From positions 1-40,447 of the forward strand of contig JAATFS010000353.1 of assembly GCA_015655035.1 (NCBI GenBank): DNA of 40,447 bases. The letters run 5' to 3'. Below, in pieces: positions 37,871 through 40,447 of this stretch. Source of the DNA: Lysobacterales bacterium (lineage in GTDB: Bacteria > Pseudomonadota > Gammaproteobacteria > Xanthomonadales > Xanthomonadaceae). The position numbers and the translations under genes are program-made. The notes beneath the pieces were generated by a model. That model saw nothing but the letters and a program-made list of their open reading frames with translations, was not told the origin of the DNA and ran no database searches. Positions within the stretch are counted from its first letter, which is position 1, and each line of letters starts with the position of its first letter.

Positions 37871-38862
37871 GATCCGTTGCTTCTCGCGGCGCCGCCCTGG
37901 CTGGCGGCGAACCCCGAATCGCGAATTGCCGATCCCGGCTTGACCGCGATCAACGAGATCACTTCGAAGTGCGGTGGTCGCTTCTCGCGGGTCACGGTTT
38001 CCAGGCTGGAGACCTGCAGCCCGGCCTTGTCGACGAAACGGCGCAGCTCTTTTTCGCTGAATCCCAGGTTGACGTGGCCATAGGCGGCCACGGCGGCGCG
38101 GTGTTCGTGCTTGGCCAGGCTGCACAGCAGCAGCCGACCACCCGGGCGCAACACCCGCGCCGACTCGGCAACCGCCTGGGCCGGCTTGCTTGCGTAGGTG
38201 AGGGCATGCATCAGCACCACCAGGTCGAAGGTCTGTGCCTCGAACGGCAGCGCGTGCATGTCGGCTTCTCGTACTTCCACGTTGCGCAGCTTGCGCAGGC
38301 GCTCGCTGGCGGCGGCGACCACGCGTGCGCTGGTGTCGATGCAGACGTAGCGCTGAGCATGCGGCGCCACCAGTTCGGCCAGTACGCCGTCGCCGGAGGC
38401 GATGTCGGGCACGTCGCCAGGCTCCAGCAGCGGCAGCGCGGTACGCGCCATCGCCTCCCAGGTACGGCCAGGGGAATAGTGCCGTTCCATGTCGCCGGCC
38501 ACCGAGTCGGCCCAGCTCTGGTCGGCGGCGCGGTTGGCCAGCACCGCAGGCACGCGCTCGGCGTCCTGGCGCAGCAACGGGTCGTCGCTGCCGGTACTCA
38601 GGGCGAGCCACAGCGAGCGCTGCGCCGGGTCCAGCGCGGCGTCGTCGAAACGGTAGTAGGCCGATACGCCGGCGCGGCGGTCGCGGACCAGTCCGGCTTC
38701 CTTGAGCTTGGCCAAGTGGGTGGACACCCGGGGTTGCGCCAACTGGGTGATGGCCGACAGTTCGGCGACCGTGAGTTCTTCTTGTTCCAGCAGGGTCAAC
38801 AGGCGCACGCGGGTGGCGTCGGCAAAGACTTTCAGCCGGGTCGACCAGTCTTCCAGATCCAT
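37867..38862 (-). CDS. samR: ArsR-family regulator fused to a SAM-dependent methyltransferase-like domain (SamR/SahR type)
   Basis: Ars[13 protein letters not shown]...[17 protein letters not shown]; YSPGRTW; DIASGDG; RVLRPGGRL; heads the metH operon. Confidence 0.85.
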   Translation of the reverse strand: MDLEDWSTRLKVFADATRVRLLTLLEQEELTVAELSAITQLAQPRVSTHLAKLKEAGLVRDRRAGVSAYYRFDDAALDPAQRSLWLALSTGSDDPLLRQDAERVPAVLANRAADQSWADSVAGDMERHYSPGRTWEAMARTALPLLEPGDVPDIASGDGVLAELVAPHAQRYVCIDTSARVVAAASERLRKLRNVEVREADMHALPFEAQTFDLVVLMHALTYASKPAQAVAESARVLRPGGRLLLCSLAKHEHRAAVAAYGHVNLGFSEKELRRFVDKAGLQVSSLETVTREKRPPHFEVISLIAVKPGSAIRDSGFAASQGGAARSNGS

Positions 38863-38894
38863 AAATATCTCTATATCGCGATATCGAGATATTT
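38863..38894. promoter_or_regulatory. 32-bp palindromic operator abutting the samR start codon
   Basis: AAATATCTCTATATCGCGATATCGAGATATTT, one mismatched pair; 8-bp periodic ATATC units. Confidence 0.85.
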
Positions 38895-38919
38895 TCGGTG
38901 CTGGGTAGGTCGGGGTCAA
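38891..38919 (-). promoter_or_regulatory. Sigma70-like promoter for samR-metH
   Basis: TTGACC (38919-38914), 17-bp spacer, GAAAAT (38896-38891); overlaps the operator. Confidence 0.55.
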
Positions 38920-38995
38920 CCGCCGGGCTTATACATACGCATGCGAATGGTTGGGGCTACAATGCGCCATCGCCAATACCCGGGAGGGGTCGAAC

Positions 38996-40144
38996 GTGGA
39001 TTTCAGTCTTACCGAAGAACAATTGATGATCCAGGACGTTGCCCGCAGGATCGCGCAGGAGAAGATCGCGCCGAGCGCCGAGCAGTTCGATCGCAGTGGC
39101 GAGTTCCCACTGGACAACGTTCGCCTGCTCGGCGAGAACGGCTTGATGGGGATCGAGGTGCCGGCTGAGTACGGCGGCGCCGGGCTGGACCCGATCTGCT
39201 ACGTCCTGGCGATGATCGAGGTGGCCGCCGGCGACGGCGCGCACTCCACCATCATGTCGGTCAACAACTCGCTGTTCTGTACCGGCATCCTCAAGAACGG
39301 CAGCGAGGCGCAGAAGCAGACCTACGTGCGTGCGATCGCCGAAGGCACCGCGATCGGCGCGTTTGCGCTGACCGAGCCGCAATCGGGTTCCGACGCCTCG
39401 GCGATGCGCTGCCGCGCAGTCAAGCAGGCCGATGGCAGCTTCGTCATCAATGGCAAGAAGAGCTGGATCACCTCCGGTCCGGTGGCCAGGTACATCGTGC
39501 TGTTTGCGATGACCGAGCCGGACAAGGGCTCGCGCGGCATCACCGCGTTCATGATCGATACCGACAAGCCTGGCTTCCATCGCGGCAAGACCGAGCCCAA
39601 GCTGGGCATCCGCGCCTCGGCCACCTGCGAGATCGAGTTCGAGGATTACCGGGCGCTGCCCGAGGACGTGCTTGGATTGGAGGGCGAGGGCTTCAAGACC
39701 GCGATGAGCGTACTCGACGCCGGCCGTATCGGTATCGCCTCGCAGGCCGTGGGGATCGCCCGCGCCGCTTACGAGGCCACGCTTGCCTATGTCAAGGAAC
39801 GCAAGGCCTTCGGCGCGCCGATCGGCACCTTCCAGATGACCCAGGCCAAGATCGCCGACATGAAGTGCAAGCTCGACGCTGCCCTGCTATTGACGCTGCG
39901 TGCGGCCTGGCTGAAGGGGCAGGGGCGCAAGTTCGGCACCGAGGCGGCGGTCGCCAAGCTCACCGCCTCCGAGGCGGCGATGTGGATCACCCACCAGGCG
40001 GTGCAGATCCACGGCGGCATGGGCTATTCCAAGGAGATGCCGCTGGAGCGCTACTTCAGGGATGCCAAGATCACCGAGATCTACGAAGGTACCTCGGAGA
40101 TCCAGCGCCTGGTGATCGCCCGTGGCGAAACCGGGCTGCGTTAA
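38996..40144 (+). CDS. Acyl-CoA dehydrogenase (short/branched-chain type)
   Basis: GTG start after GGAGGGG; FALTEPQSGSDA, NGKKSWIT, KLGIRAS, QIHGGMGY, IYEGTSEIQ. Confidence 0.95.
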   Translation: MDFSLTEEQLMIQDVARRIAQEKIAPSAEQFDRSGEFPLDNVRLLGENGLMGIEVPAEYGGAGLDPICYVLAMIEVAAGDGAHSTIMSVNNSLFCTGILKNGSEAQKQTYVRAIAEGTAIGAFALTEPQSGSDASAMRCRAVKQADGSFVINGKKSWITSGPVARYIVLFAMTEPDKGSRGITAFMIDTDKPGFHRGKTEPKLGIRASATCEIEFEDYRALPEDVLGLEGEGFKTAMSVLDAGRIGIASQAVGIARAAYEATLAYVKERKAFGAPIGTFQMTQAKIADMKCKLDAALLLTLRAAWLKGQGRKFGTEAAVAKLTASEAAMWITHQAVQIHGGMGYSKEMPLERYFRDAKITEIYEGTSEIQRLVIARGETGLR

Positions 40145-40234
40145 GGCCGGGGGATCGACGGAGACGCGACGGGGCGCGGCCAAAGGCGCGTCCCCGGCGC
40201 TGGCGAGATGATCCAGCCGGTCAAGCCTGGTTGA

Positions 40235-40447
40235 TCAGAACTTCGAGTCGAACTCGCGGGCATAGCCGCTGTTGACGATCACTTTCTGCAGGGCGTCGCT
40301 GATCTTGATGTTGCCGGCCACGATCTGCTGCGTTTCCGGGCCCATGTTGTCCATGCGTGGCGGCGTGGCGCCCTTGTAGTCGCAGACGCGGCCACCGGCC
40401 TCGCGCACCAGCAAGACGCCGGCGGCGATGTCCCAGGCCTTCACGCC
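40235..40447 (-). CDS. suhB: Inositol monophosphatase family (3' end only)
   Basis: [15 protein letters not shown] signature; gene runs off the window edge. Confidence 0.85.
   Translation of the reverse strand, partial: GVKAWDIAAGVLLVREAGGRVCDYKGATPPRMDNMGPETQQIVAGNIKISDALQKVIVNSGYAREFDSKF

Noticed and set aside
38863-38995. SAM or cobalamin riboswitch upstream of the met genes
   Set aside because: Spacer is short and filled by promoter and operator; no recognisable aptamer consensus

Overview
GC-rich, gene-dense chromosomal window from a Xanthomonadaceae-type gammaproteobacterium; the taxon is inferred from gene content and order and from GGGA(A/T)TC-like heptamer repeats. It is mostly core genome. 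In order: dnaK(3' part)-dnaJ-pdxK-prephenate dehydrogenase; small ORF/ABC exporter/yigZ/LOG; sucA-sucB-lpdA; roxA-like cupin, purB, fumC; a YtrA(GntR)-regulated ABC operon with exported beta-repeat, ankyrin and lipoprotein genes; glutathione peroxidase-FKBP-ugd-slyX-DUF2058; a LacI-regulated sugar operon (MFS, PfkB kinase, AGE-family isomerase); an exported amidohydrolase; samR-like regulator plus split metH; acyl-CoA dehydrogenase; suhB 3' end. I see no CRISPR array, transposase, integrase, prophage, tRNA or rRNA, and I cannot claim a clearly new multi-gene system. Best leads: (1) a three-DnaA-box cluster with DARS-like geometry at 4733-4778; (2) an ankyrin lipoprotein gene that appears to have displaced the 5' part of a DUF2884-like gene, leaving a 56-codon in-frame remnant; (3) a plus-strand C->T signature spanning two convergent gene ends at about 32160-32780; (4) clear operator palindromes for three local regulators, and an L->P change in the SAM-binding motif of the methionine regulator. 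Family calls come from motif recognition; no database searches were run.
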